Assembly (NCBI GenBank): GCA_963797945.1
Contig: CAWCRA010000006.1
Location: 525,219 to 589,218 of the forward strand
Direction: 5' to 3'
Source of the DNA: an uncultured Alphaproteobacteria bacterium
GTDB taxonomy: Bacteria; Pseudomonadota; Alphaproteobacteria; Sphingomonadales; Sphingomonadaceae
Length of the DNA: 64,000 bases
Shown here: piece by piece, positions 20,214 through 30,967 of the stretch
Layout of the letters: each line of letters opens with the position of its first letter
Numbering within the stretch: the stretch's first letter is position 1
Made by a program: the position numbers and the translations under genes
The notes under the pieces: generated by a model
The model's database searches: none
What the model saw: the letters and a program-made list of their open reading frames with translations, nothing else
What the model was told of the DNA's origin: nothing

Positions 20214-21673
20214 CAGGCGAGTTTCCATTCCCAGCCAAGCGGGTCGCCGTCCATCACCTCTACGCCCTTGGCACCGAGGCTTTCGCGAATGGCGTCCGAG
20301 GTTGCAAAGTCTTTCGCCGCACGTGCTTCCTTGCGGCGGATGAGGTCGGCTTCGATCTCGGCTTCGGTAATCTCGGTGCCTTTCGGCATGATCCGCAGAT
20401 CGGATCGCACAAGATCGAACAGGTCGAGGCCGAGGACATGGTCCATCTCTTCGACGAGGGCGCGCTTGGCACTTGCGTCGACTTTCTTCAGCGCCAAGGC
20501 ATCTTCCAGTGCGACAAGAGCCTGCGGCGTATTGAGATCGTCACCCATCGCTTCAGCGAACCGATCACGCAAAGGCGCCAGCTTGGGATGTTCGGCTGAG
20601 CCGCTCTCCGCGTCCGCTAACCGCTCGACCGCCATCACCAAACGCTTCAGCCGCGTCAGTGCAGCGCCCAATCCTTCCCAAGAAAACTCCAGCTCGCTGC
20701 GGTAGTGTGCCTGCAGGCACATCATGCGATAGGCAAGCGGGTGGTAGCCCTTGTCGACCAGCAATTGCAGGCGCAGGAATTCTCCGGCGCTCTTCGACAT
20801 CTTGCCGCTGCGCTCGACAAGGAAATTATTGTGCATCCAGATGCGCGCACCGCTATTGGTGGCTTCCGACAGCCCGCCGCAGCCGCAAAAGGCCTGGTTC
20901 TGCGCGATCTCGTTCGGATGGTGGATCTCGCGGTGGTCGATCCCGCCGGTGTGGATGTCGAAGGGGAAACCGAGTAGCTTCTCCCCCATCACCGAGCATT
21001 CAAGGTGCCAGCCGGGCGCGCCCTTTCCCCAAGGCGAACCCCATTCCATCTGGCGCTTCTCGCCCGCAGGTGTCCTGCGCCAGATCGCGAAGTCTGCGGC
21101 GTTGCGCTTGCCGTCGACATCGCCGATCCGGCTCTCACCTTCGTCGGTTTGCGCCCGAGCGAGCCGCCCGTAGTCCTCGACGGTCGACACATCGAAATAG
21201 AGCCCGCTCTCAAGCTCATAACAATGCTTGTCCGCGATATCCTTCGCGAATGCGATCATCTCTTCGATGTAATCGGTTGCGACCGACCATTTTGATGGCT
21301 CGCGAATGTTAAGCGCGCGGATATCTGCCCAATAAGCCTCGGTGTAATGCTTCGCGATGTCCCAAATCGACTGCGCTTTCTCCGCGGCAGCTTTCTCCAG
21401 TTTATCCTCGCCCGCATCGGCATCGTCCGTCAGGTGACCGACGTCGGTAATGTTGATGATATGGGTAAGCTCGTAGCCCTTCCAACTCAGCGTTCGCCCC
21501 AGAACATCCGCGAATACATAGGCGCGCATATTGCCGATATGCGGGTAGTTATAGACCGTCGGTCCGCAGGTGTAGACGCGCGCTTCGCCCTCATGGACCG
21601 GAACGAAGCGCTCCAGCCGGCGGTGGAGGCTGTTAAACAAATGTAATTCGGGCGTGGTGCTTGGATCCGGCAT
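20213..21673 (-). CDS. cysS: Cysteine-tRNA ligase
   Basis: YTCGPTVY, HIGN, NITDVGH, PGWHLECS, HHPNEIAQ, KMSKS. Confidence 0.97.
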   Translation of the reverse strand: MPDPSTTPELHLFNSLHRRLERFVPVHEGEARVYTCGPTVYNYPHIGNMRAYVFADVLGRTLSWKGYELTHIINITDVGHLTDDADAGEDKLEKAAAEKAQSIWDIAKHYTEAYWADIRALNIREPSKWSVATDYIEEMIAFAKDIADKHCYELESGLYFDVSTVEDYGRLARAQTDEGESRIGDVDGKRNAADFAIWRRTPAGEKRQMEWGSPWGKGAPGWHLECSVMGEKLLGFPFDIHTGGIDHREIHHPNEIAQNQAFCGCGGLSEATNSGARIWMHNNFLVERSGKMSKSAGEFLRLQLLVDKGYHPLAYRMMCLQAHYRSELEFSWEGLGAALTRLKRLVMAVERLADAESGSAEHPKLAPLRDRFAEAMGDDLNTPQALVALEDALALKKVDASAKRALVEEMDHVLGLDLFDLVRSDLRIMPKGTEITEAEIEADLIRRKEARAAKDFATSDAIRESLGAKGVEVMDGDPLGWEWKLA

Positions 21674-21723
21674 GCGCGCAGCGATGCGCCAAGCGTCGCC
21701 GCGAATCAACAGGATCAACAGCT

Positions 21724-22359
21724 TTGAGCAAAGACAGTGGCACCGACACTCTTTCGCGGATTCTCGGAAGCATCGCTATTCTCGGCTGCGTCATTGCGGT
21801 TGTCTGCGACCTGCTCGGCGCTCACCTCTCGGACAAGGTCGGTCTCGTACGTGATACCATCAGCGATCTGGCAGCCGGAAACTACGATATGCTCGCCGAC
21901 GCAGGCATATATGCGTTTGTGGCCGGCGTGCTCGCGACCACCGCAGGCTTGCTGCGCTGGCGGATTGATCGGCTGGACTGGAAGATAGGGTGCTGGTTGC
22001 TGGTGGTGCTGGCAGTCGTGATTTTTCTCATCGCCGCGTACGAGGCCTACAGCACCGGGGATGGCCCGGTGATCCATAAATATCTGGTATACACGCTCGG
22101 TATCGCATTTCCGCTGACGGTACTGCTTACAGCGGGCCAGTTTTACGAGATCGACAAGCGCCTGGGAATCGCGCTTTACATGCTGGGCGGCCTATTCACC
22201 GCGATGGGGCCAGGCTTGTTCCTGGTGCCGACCTCGTGGGACGGTCTTTACGAACGCTTTCTGGCATTCCTCATGCTCGCCTGGTTCACGGCCATGGGCG
22301 TGATGATCTGGCGCGATCCCGACATTGTTCGCCAAGTCGCCAAAGACCAGCGCGGCTGA
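21724..22359 (+). CDS. DUF998-like membrane protein
   Basis: TISDLAAG and GLYER motifs, about six TM helices; probable TTG start after AGGA. Confidence 0.7.
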   Translation: MSKDSGTDTLSRILGSIAILGCVIAVVCDLLGAHLSDKVGLVRDTISDLAAGNYDMLADAGIYAFVAGVLATTAGLLRWRIDRLDWKIGCWLLVVLAVVIFLIAAYEAYSTGDGPVIHKYLVYTLGIAFPLTVLLTAGQFYEIDKRLGIALYMLGGLFTAMGPGLFLVPTSWDGLYERFLAFLMLAWFTAMGVMIWRDPDIVRQVAKDQRG

Positions 22360-22380
22360 CGTTGCCGCTGCAGCCCTAGG

Positions 22381-25300
22381 TCACTCCGGCGGCTGCCAGA
22401 GGTCCTCATTGCCAGCCCCGGTGACGGGATCGTCGATCAGCGGATCGGTCGATGGATCCTCCAGGTCGCTGATGTCGATCAGCATGTCCTGGCCGCCGCG
22501 AGCATCGGCCTCGTCGCCGTCCGCCACGCCATCTTCGGTCTGTTCTTCATCGCGCAATTCTTCGTCGATGATGTTCTGGATCGGAAAGAGGAATTCGGGA
22601 AGCGGATCGGTCGGTCCCGGCATCGGCACCATTGGCGCGTTCGGTCCGCAAATCGCGATGTCGCCGATCGGGCAGCCATTGATCGTCGAGCCTGGCGCGA
22701 AGCCCGAAGCCTGCGTGGTGACATCGATCGCGGCAATTCCGGTCTGCCCGCCAATGATGCCGTTAATAACGACCAGCGTCGTGCCGTCCAGCGATCCTGC
22801 AATCGTCAGCGTTTCGGCAACCAGTCCCCGGCGGTCATCGAACCCTTGGCCCAGCCCGGTGTTCTGCACCAGGATCGCATCGCTCGCCGAAAGCGACAGA
22901 TTGCCGGTCTGGAAAAGCGGAGCATCGCGCGCGCCGTCTGCTATCGAGAGCCTGTCATTGACCGCGGTTCCCGGAATGCCCGCAATGTCGGACCGTGCAG
23001 CGTCGGAAAGGAACGTGATGCTCGCTGCTTGCAGATCGATTGTTCCGGTCAGCAGTCCGTCCGTATCACGAACCGAGATGGAAGCGGTTTCGTAATCGAG
23101 GTCGACAGCGTCCACTGCGTCGAGCAGCAGGAATGTGTCGGCACCCGCAGAATCGATCGTGACCGTGCCATGGACGAAGATCGAGCTGCCCGATGTCAGC
23201 ACCAACCCGCTATCCACGCCGAATTGCTGGCCAGCAACGAGCTCCGCGTCGCCCAACGTCAGGGTCGGAATTGCGCCAGTCGGTGAAATGTCGGTTGCAA
23301 TCGCAAGCACTCCGTCATTGGAGATCCGGCTCAGCTCGTCATTGTCTAGCTCGAATGCGGTGCCGGTCCCGCCCGCCCCGCCGATCAATGCATCACGAAG
23401 TGCTGTGATCGCCACGCCGCCGGTTCGGCCGCTATTACCAAGCGAACCGCCGGTTCCGATGTCGATGTCGCCCGCTGCGATATCGATAAATTGGCCGTTT
23501 AAAAGCGCGTCGATCCCGACAAGTCCTTGCGCATTCAGGAAAATGGCATTCCCTGCGAAGATCGTGTCCTGCACGAGGATGTCTGACGCCGCAGTGATCG
23601 AGACATCGCCGCTGCTCGCCGTCACCTGCTGGGGCGCGAAAACACCGTTCGGCGTGAAGGTCACGCCTGCACCGGCTCCAGCAACGACCACGGACCCGCC
23701 AAGGCTTGTAAGCTGGACGTTGCCGGTCGCGACTGCATCGATGACGCTCAGATCTCCCGCTACGCCTATCACCACATCTCCGCCGGTAGCAGTCGCCTGC
23801 ACCGTCAAATCGCTCGACGAACCGACGTCGAGCGATTGCCCCGATGCGATGAGTGTATTGTCGATTAGTGCATCACCTACCGTAATAGCGCCGCCCGAAG
23901 CCAGATCGGCATCGAGAGCGGACAAATCGACAAGACCGATGAGACCTCCAGCGGATACTTCGGCAAGCCGGTCAGAGAAGAGCGATCCGCCGGTCACTGC
24001 GCCACCAGCCGAGATGGCAGCATCACCAGTTGCGTCGATCCCATCGAAATCGGTTCCAGTGGCGGAACTCGCCGAAACATCTCCACCCGACGAGAGTACC
24101 GTGAGGCTTAGGCTTCCCGCAGAATCAAACGCCGCATCGCCGCCAATTGCCAAAGCTCCTGTTACTGCGAGATCGCCCGTCGAGGTCGCCGCGTTCAGCG
24201 CCCCGCCGATATCGCCGCCGCCCAGCGTCAGCGAGCCGGTGTTCAGCGCCGCGTCACCGCCTGTGACGATCCCGCCCACGTTGGCAGCCGCCGCGACCGT
24301 CGCAGCAAGATCGGCCCCAGCGTCGAGCAATCCTGCTGACAAGCTCCCGCCATCGATCTGGATAGCTCCTGGAGCAGTCACGTCGCCCGCAGCTATCGTA
24401 TCGGCCTGCAGAACAACATCGCCGCCCGAAACCACATCGCCGAGCGTGAGCACGGCTCCTGAATCGATGATGACTAGATCGCCCGCGCCGCCGCCGATCA
24501 CGTCGCCGCCGGTAATCCCGCCGGGTGCCATCAGATCGATAACTCCAGTGCTGGTCGATATCGCGGTGAAGTCGATGCTCGCCCCGTCGAGGATCACGCC
24601 CGACCCGGCACTCAGCGTTCCAACCGATATTATGTCGGAAGCGAGCAAGTCGATGGTGCCGCCTGCAGTAATGTCACCATTGGCTGTACCGGCGATCGCC
24701 CCAGCCGAAGCCGTCGCTGTCACATCGCCGATTGCGTTGATCGTATTGAAGTCGACCGTCGAGCCATTCAACGTGACGCTGGCGACATCCACCGCACTCT
24801 CGCCGAGGAAAAGGCTGCCGGGCGTAGTCAGGACAACGGCCTGGCCGCCCGGATCGGCAAACCCGATCGAAATCGCAGTCCCTGCATTGACGACCATGTC
24901 GCTCGGCCCGCCTTCTATGAAGGTATCGACCGAGAAGGTGCCGGACAAGTCATAGCTCGTTTCCGCGGCGCCGCCCACGGCAGTTGCCGTGGTGAGCTGG
25001 CCGCCTGCATCGATCGTGTCCGCAAAAAGGTCATTGGCAACCGAGACACCGATATCGCCCGTAGCGAACAGTCGGCCCGTACCTAGCAACGACCCGTTGG
25101 ACGCATCGACAACGATCTGCGGCGCGTTGATGCTGACATCGGTCAGTTCGACATCCCCAAAGCTGCTTACGAGCGAAACATCGCTCGCAGCGTCCAGCGA
25201 ACTTGTGCCGACAATCGAACCGATCGTGAGGCTTTCATTCGTCGCGATGTCGATGACATCGGCATTGACGATCGTCGCGGTCCCGACGATCAGCGAGACG

Positions 25301-28300
25301 ACACCTTGCGGGCTCGCATTCCCGACAAATACACTGCCGTTGGCCACCAGCGCCCCGATGCAGATGTCGCCTTCGAGACAACCGTTGACGAGCAGTCCGT
25401 CATCGTCGCCCTGGAAGCTGAAGGGCGCGTTGACGATATTGGCCTGCAATGCGCCGCTGCGCACTGTGCCCGCCGACATATCGATCGCTCCACCGCTCAG
25501 CGTCAGCGAATAGCCGGTCGTGTCGATGGTCCCCGCCGACACGATCGATGCAAACGGGCTCGGTGCTGGCCCCGTCAAACTGCCCGGCGGGATATCGCCG
25601 GCCAGCAACTGCATCGTCCCGGGTGCACCGAAATCGAAGATACCACTGGGATCGGGCGGCGAAGCGGTCGCCGTTCCGCTTGCCAGAAGCGCTCCTGCGC
25701 CGATTATGATGTCGTCGCCGGTCCTGACGTTGAAAAAGTCGCCAGCAGTCGTCGAACTGCCCGCGGCGAAAGTCGCCGTTCCCGCAGCCTGAATGTCGAT
25801 CCCGGTATTGGAGGTGACGGTGCCGTTGATTGTCAGCCCGAAGGTCGGATCGAAGATGCTGAAGCTGCTACCATCATCCTCATTGCCGGCGCGCAGGATA
25901 ATTAAATCTGCTTGAGCATTCGTGAGGATAACATCCTCGAATGCTTCAAGGAAAAGAGTCCCTCCGGCTCTGGCGTCGGCAAGTTCGATCGCGCCGTCGG
26001 CATCGACCGTGAAGTCCGAAAGGCTGCGAGATGACGCTTCCCGGACGGGCCGTGAAGCTACCGCCAAGTGACGACTCAAAAATGCTGCCGGCAATCGTAT
26101 TTATGCCAGGATTACCCAGATGCGTGATTGTCACGTCACCATCGGTAAGGAAGACGACTGCGCCATCCGAGACGATTTGACCCGCTCCGGCCATGTCGAC
26201 GACAACATCGCCCGACACGTTGACCGTAAAGCCATCGGTCGCCGTGATAGGCCCGCTATTGCCCGAGATGAATACGTTGGGCTGCGCACCTGGGTCGAAT
26301 GAAAAATCGACCAGCTCAAGACTTGTTGCGCTGATTACACCTGCCGGATCGGTCAATTCATCGATGATCTCGATTTGTCCGGCGATTTGCGCGCCAAAAT
26401 TCGCTCCGAAACCGTCACTACCAGTGGTGTCGATGCGGATATCGCCCCAGTCAATAATTCCAGGTCCGCCATTGTCGCTGGTGCGCACGGACACTGCGCC
26501 GCCGAAACCGTCGCCGCTAGTGCCAAGAGCACCGCTGATGTCCCCGAAACCACCATCACCGCCATTACCGCCATCTCCACGCGAAGTGAATTCCAGTGGC
26601 CCGGCAATACTCGAAATCGTTCCGCCATCCGCGAAGAGCGCCAGCGAACCGCCGACCCCGTCACCGCCGCTGCCGCCATCGCCGCCGGAAAGCCCGCCCA
26701 ATTGATCGAAATTGTCGCCGCCTATGCCGCCGTTGCCGCCAGTGCCGCCGGTTGCCAGATCGAATTCCTGCACAAATGTGGCGCCTGTCTCGGCGGTGAT
26801 CGTCAGACTGCCGCCCGTTCCGGTTCCGCCCGCCCCACCAATTCCTCCCTCGACGAACGATGCCTCGCCGGTGCCGCCATTGCCGCCTGTTGCGCTGGCC
26901 TCAATGCCGCCCTCAATCACACCGGCAAATACCGTATTGGCGCCGGCAACCGTGATATCGCCCGTTCCGCCGGTCGCGTCGCCGCCAACGCCGCCGGGAT
27001 TGCCCGCCGTGGTGAAGCCCGGGCTCGAGAAATAGCTCCCGCCGTTTCCGCCATCAGCCCCGACATCGAAGTTAAAGAATTGCAGGCCGGTCGGCGTGTT
27101 ACCCAAAGCGAGCGTGGCCGTGCCCGCCGTCGCATCGCCGCCGTTTCCTGCCGCAAATCCCATATTGTCGTCGCCGCCACCGCCGCCATTTGCTGCGGCA
27201 GAAAGTGTGATTTCGCCGGTCGCAAGGCTACCGCCAAGCCCTTTGGTCAGGATTGCAGTTCCGCCGATCGCGTTGCCGCCATCCTGGTTTTCGGCTCCAA
27301 AGCCGCCAGACGCCGCTGCCCTGACGTTAATCGAGTTGAAGCTTGCATCGGTGTTGCCGAGTTCAACCAGCGCATCCCCCGCTGCGGCATCGAATGTGGT
27401 GCCGGCGGCTTCCGTTCCGCGACCGTCTTCTGCCGAAGCGCTGACATCGGCGAAAAGTCCATCGGCCGATATCGTGCCCTCGCTCGCGGTGAAGGTTATG
27501 GTGCCGCCGAACGCATCACCGCCGGGGATCGGGCCGCAGGGGCCTGAGCACTGGTTAGTTTCGAAATATCGTTCGGCTGAAGCGTTCAAAGAAATAGCGC
27601 CGCCCGCGCTGAGCACGCTGCCTGTACCGGACATGGAAACCGCGATGCTGCCGCCCTGCGCGCTGGTAGTGCCAGCACTGTTCTCGCCCGCTCTCGCCGA
27701 CACATCGAGTGCGATGCTGCCGCCAACTGCAAAGCGGCCGCCATTCGTGATCGACCCCGTGATGCCGCCGCCCGCCTGGTTGGTAGATGTACCAAAGGCG
27801 CTCGGTTCATTGAGCAATGCCAGGAAATCACCGCCGACATCGACCGATCCAGCGGGCACGGCGCCAGCCGGATCGCCCAGAGCGAAAAAGTCCAATGTCG
27901 CGGAGGCCGGAGAAGACGGATCGATGGTTACCGTCCCAGCGATGTCCACCACGCCGCCAGCAAGAGCGCCAAAGGTGACATCCTGCGCGCGGATCGTCAG
28001 GTCGTAGTCACCGAAACCGTCGCCGCCCATGACCACCGACTGCCCGTTTCCGGCCACGATATTGGCGCTGTCGCTCTGGATTTCGGTACGCGACGTCAAG
28101 ATGGCATTGTCGATCGTAACAGCCCCACCGGTCAGCCTGATCACGCCGTTTTCTTCAATCGCTCCAGCCGCAGCCGGATCGAAGCCGACCGTTCCGGAAA
28201 CCAACACTTCCAACGCTGTCCCAGTGCCTGGTGCCAGGAAGTTCACGCTATGCACATCGAATGCCATTGGATCGGTCGCGCTGAGCGCAACTGGCCCGGT

Positions 28301-29188
28301 CGTCGTACCGTTGTGGATAATACGATTGCCCGGTTGCGCACCATCAAAAACGGAGACGCCCGCCCCGAACACATCGTTCATGGCCGCAGCGCCTGTCTCG
28401 CCCGACGCGTAGAAGACCTGTCCGTTCACCACAGCATCGCCGCCCATCTCGATGGTCGGGGCGAAGAAAATCAGGCTGCTATTCTCGCTCGGCAGATTGA
28501 ATGACGCACCTGATGCGACGATGATTGAAGAGAACGGGTCGTTGACCCCGCTGAACGTGCCGCTCGTCTCCAAACCAAAATTTGTCGCAATGGCGCTGAA
28601 GTTCGTAACTTCGCTTGTGGTCAGCAGCAGGCTGCCTACGTTGAACACGGCCGTGCTGGTAGCAAGGATGCCGCCCTGACTGATGAACCAGATATTCCCG
28701 GTGGGGGTGTTGGGAGAAACATCCAGAAAGCTCGATACCGTCCCGCTAAAAGCTATTCCGCGAAACTGGCCGACACTGTTCGGAGCTGAAATTATCCGGT
28801 TAAGTACCGCAAAATTCCCACCCGAACCAAATCCGGTAAAGGCCATCTCCGTGTTCGCGGGGAGGAAGTTTATATAGTCGTTCGTGTCGTCGAGAGTGAG
28901 ATCATCAAGTGTGGTCCAGTTGATAATCGCCAATTCCGAAAAGACATCCACATTAGTGATGGTTGGCGACGTGGAGATGCTTACCTCGCCATCCACGATA
29001 GTGGCATCGGCCTGAACGGCTCTGGTTCCGTTCTCGCGCGGAGCAATGCTTTGTGCGTGCGCAGCGGACGCATGTCCCACAGTCAGCCCCAGGGCCAGCG
29101 CCATCACCGAACCGCGCGCCATCAGTCTGCTACGGTTAGCATTGCGTGCTGCGGTGTTGCTCATCATCTTCCGTCCCTTGGTCATCAT
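22381..29188 (-). CDS. Giant TpsA/filamentous-haemagglutinin-like exoprotein (~2,260 aa; frameshift near 26028)
   Basis: Signal peptide ending AAHA-Q; TPS-like segments AIINW, AVLNRI, GNIWFISQGGI, VFNVGSLLLTT; Gly/Ala/Thr/Asp-rich beta-helix-like sequence continuous across the two ORFs (25946-29188 and 22381-26094). Confidence 0.8.
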
Positions 29189-29191
29189 GCT

Positions 29192-30967
29192 TCAGTCGCC
29201 CAGCCGGATGGCGAGATTGACGAGCACTCGGGCATCGCCGCGCTCGGTCTGCAGGGAGGTCCGCTCGAGCGGAATCGCCCCCAATATCTCGAAGAAAATC
29301 CGCCGTTGATAATTGACCCGCAGGCCGGCGCCGAGCGAATTGAGCGTCTGCTCGCCCAGACCGTCATTCTCGGTCCAGGCGTTGAAATTGTCGTAGAATG
29401 CGAACGGCTGGAGAGCGAACCCGTCCTGCGTTTCGGGCAGGAGTGACCCGTAAGCGATCTCGAATTGCGATCCGAAGCCCCGGTCGCCGACGACCGCGCC
29501 CGGATCATAGCCGCGCCCGGCAGTATAATTACCGCCCGAAAACTGCTCGTAAGGCAGAACTGCGTCGGGCGAATATTGAAAGCGCGGACGCAGGCTGAAG
29601 GTAACCAGCCGCGAGGGGCGATAATCGAACGATGCATCGCCGCGCACGACAAAGGCCGTGGGGTCACCGTCCAGCCGCGTAATCGGCGCAGTGGTCACAC
29701 CGGTGCAATTGACGAAGAGCTCTCCACAGCCGTCGCTCGCGCCGAGAATGTCGAGACCCTGGCGCACTTCGAGATGTGCACGGGCAGCATAACGCGGCTC
29801 GACCGCGCTGTAGCCGCCGCGGCCAGCCACGCTCATCGGATCTCGCGCGTCGAGATCGGCGGCGATATATCCGACCCGCAGCTTGTCTTCGCCCAAGGGT
29901 AACCCGCTGAATTCGATGTCCTGATCGATGAATTCAAAGCCGCCGCTCAAGTAAACATTCTGTGCCTGGCTGCGCTGCAGCGGATATGAGACATAGGCGC
30001 TTGCCACCAAAGTGCGCGCATCGAAGACATCATCGCCGGGTACATCGGGCCGGGTCCAGGCATGGGTGACCGCCGCGCCGACACGCAATCCGTCGCCGCC
30101 AAGTGCGAACTCATGCTGGCCCTGAATAACATATTGTTCCTGGAAGTCGGCGGTAGCGAAGCCGCTGATCTCGGTCAGGTCGCCTAGCCCGGTGAGGCCG
30201 TTGAACTGAATGCGAGCCTGTCCGCCAAAGCGACCCACCGCCTTCGTGCCGTAATTCTGGACAGCCAGGTCGGCCTCTATCGGCGTGTTGATTACGTCGA
30301 TTACTCCGACCAGGTCGCCAGCACGCGCATCGGCCGCAGGGTCGCGGGCAAGCATCAGGCGGACATCGAGACCGGGAATATCCCGTGCGAGCAGCAGCAA
30401 CCGCTCCGCCTCTCCGATGCGAAACACGTCCTGTCCGCGCATCCGGTCGAAATACCGCTCGACCAAACGCCCGGACGGCCCCGTGTCGCCGCGCACGACA
30501 AGATCGGTCAGCCTCGCCAAGACGACGTTGAATTCAACTTGGCCATTCTCGATGGTCTGGACCGGAACCTGTACTGCCGCGACATAACCTTGCGAACGCA
30601 GAATCGTCGCAGCTCGGTCGCGAATGTCGCAGATTGCCGCAAGTGCGATTTCTCGCCCGACGTACGGCCGCCACGCAGCATCGAGCAGGCCGGGCTCGAG
30701 CGCCTCGGTGCCGGCAAAACGCGCGCTAGCAAGCGTCAGGGTGATATCGGCAAATTGCGCCCCTGAAAGCGGGCAAGGCGCACGTTCGAACGCCCCCTCC
30801 AGGTCGAAAGCCGCCGCATCTTCGCGCAATTGATCGTCGACCTCTCCGCGCAGGACTTCCTCGCGGGTCGGGACTTGCGGCGAAGTGGCTTGGGCGGACA
30901 CAATGGCGGGCAGCGTCAGAGCACCGCAACACAGCATCGCGCGGAAAGTGCGAAGGGTCATGCGCAT
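29192..30967 (-). CDS. ShlB/FhaC/HecB-family two-partner secretion pore (TpsB)
   Basis: Signal peptide; POTRA features (LRSQGYVAAVQVPVQTIENG, RDIPGLDV); NYGTKAVG; loop-6-like GRGY; C-terminal beta strand. Confidence 0.9.
   Translation of the reverse strand: MRMTLRTFRAMLCCGALTLPAIVSAQATSPQVPTREEVLRGEVDDQLREDAAAFDLEGAFERAPCPLSGAQFADITLTLASARFAGTEALEPGLLDAAWRPYVGREIALAAICDIRDRAATILRSQGYVAAVQVPVQTIENGQVEFNVVLARLTDLVVRGDTGPSGRLVERYFDRMRGQDVFRIGEAERLLLLARDIPGLDVRLMLARDPAADARAGDLVGVIDVINTPIEADLAVQNYGTKAVGRFGGQARIQFNGLTGLGDLTEISGFATADFQEQYVIQGQHEFALGGDGLRVGAAVTHAWTRPDVPGDDVFDARTLVASAYVSYPLQRSQAQNVYLSGGFEFIDQDIEFSGLPLGEDKLRVGYIAADLDARDPMSVAGRGGYSAVEPRYAARAHLEVRQGLDILGASDGCGELFVNCTGVTTAPITRLDGDPTAFVVRGDASFDYRPSRLVTFSLRPRFQYSPDAVLPYEQFSGGNYTAGRGYDPGAVVGDRGFGSQFEIAYGSLLPETQDGFALQPFAFYDNFNAWTENDGLGEQTLNSLGAGLRVNYQRRIFFEILGAIPLERTSLQTERGDARVLVNLAIRLGD

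Noticed and set aside
23135-24955. 606-aa Ser/Pro/Thr-rich plus-strand ORF
   Set aside because: Antisense shadow of the Gly/Ala/Asp-rich tpsA frame; no independent features
25946-26094. Two separate exoproteins, or phase variation at the tpsA break
   Set aside because: The downstream ORF has no signal peptide or credible start, the composition is continuous across the junction, and there is no homopolymer or microsatellite at the break
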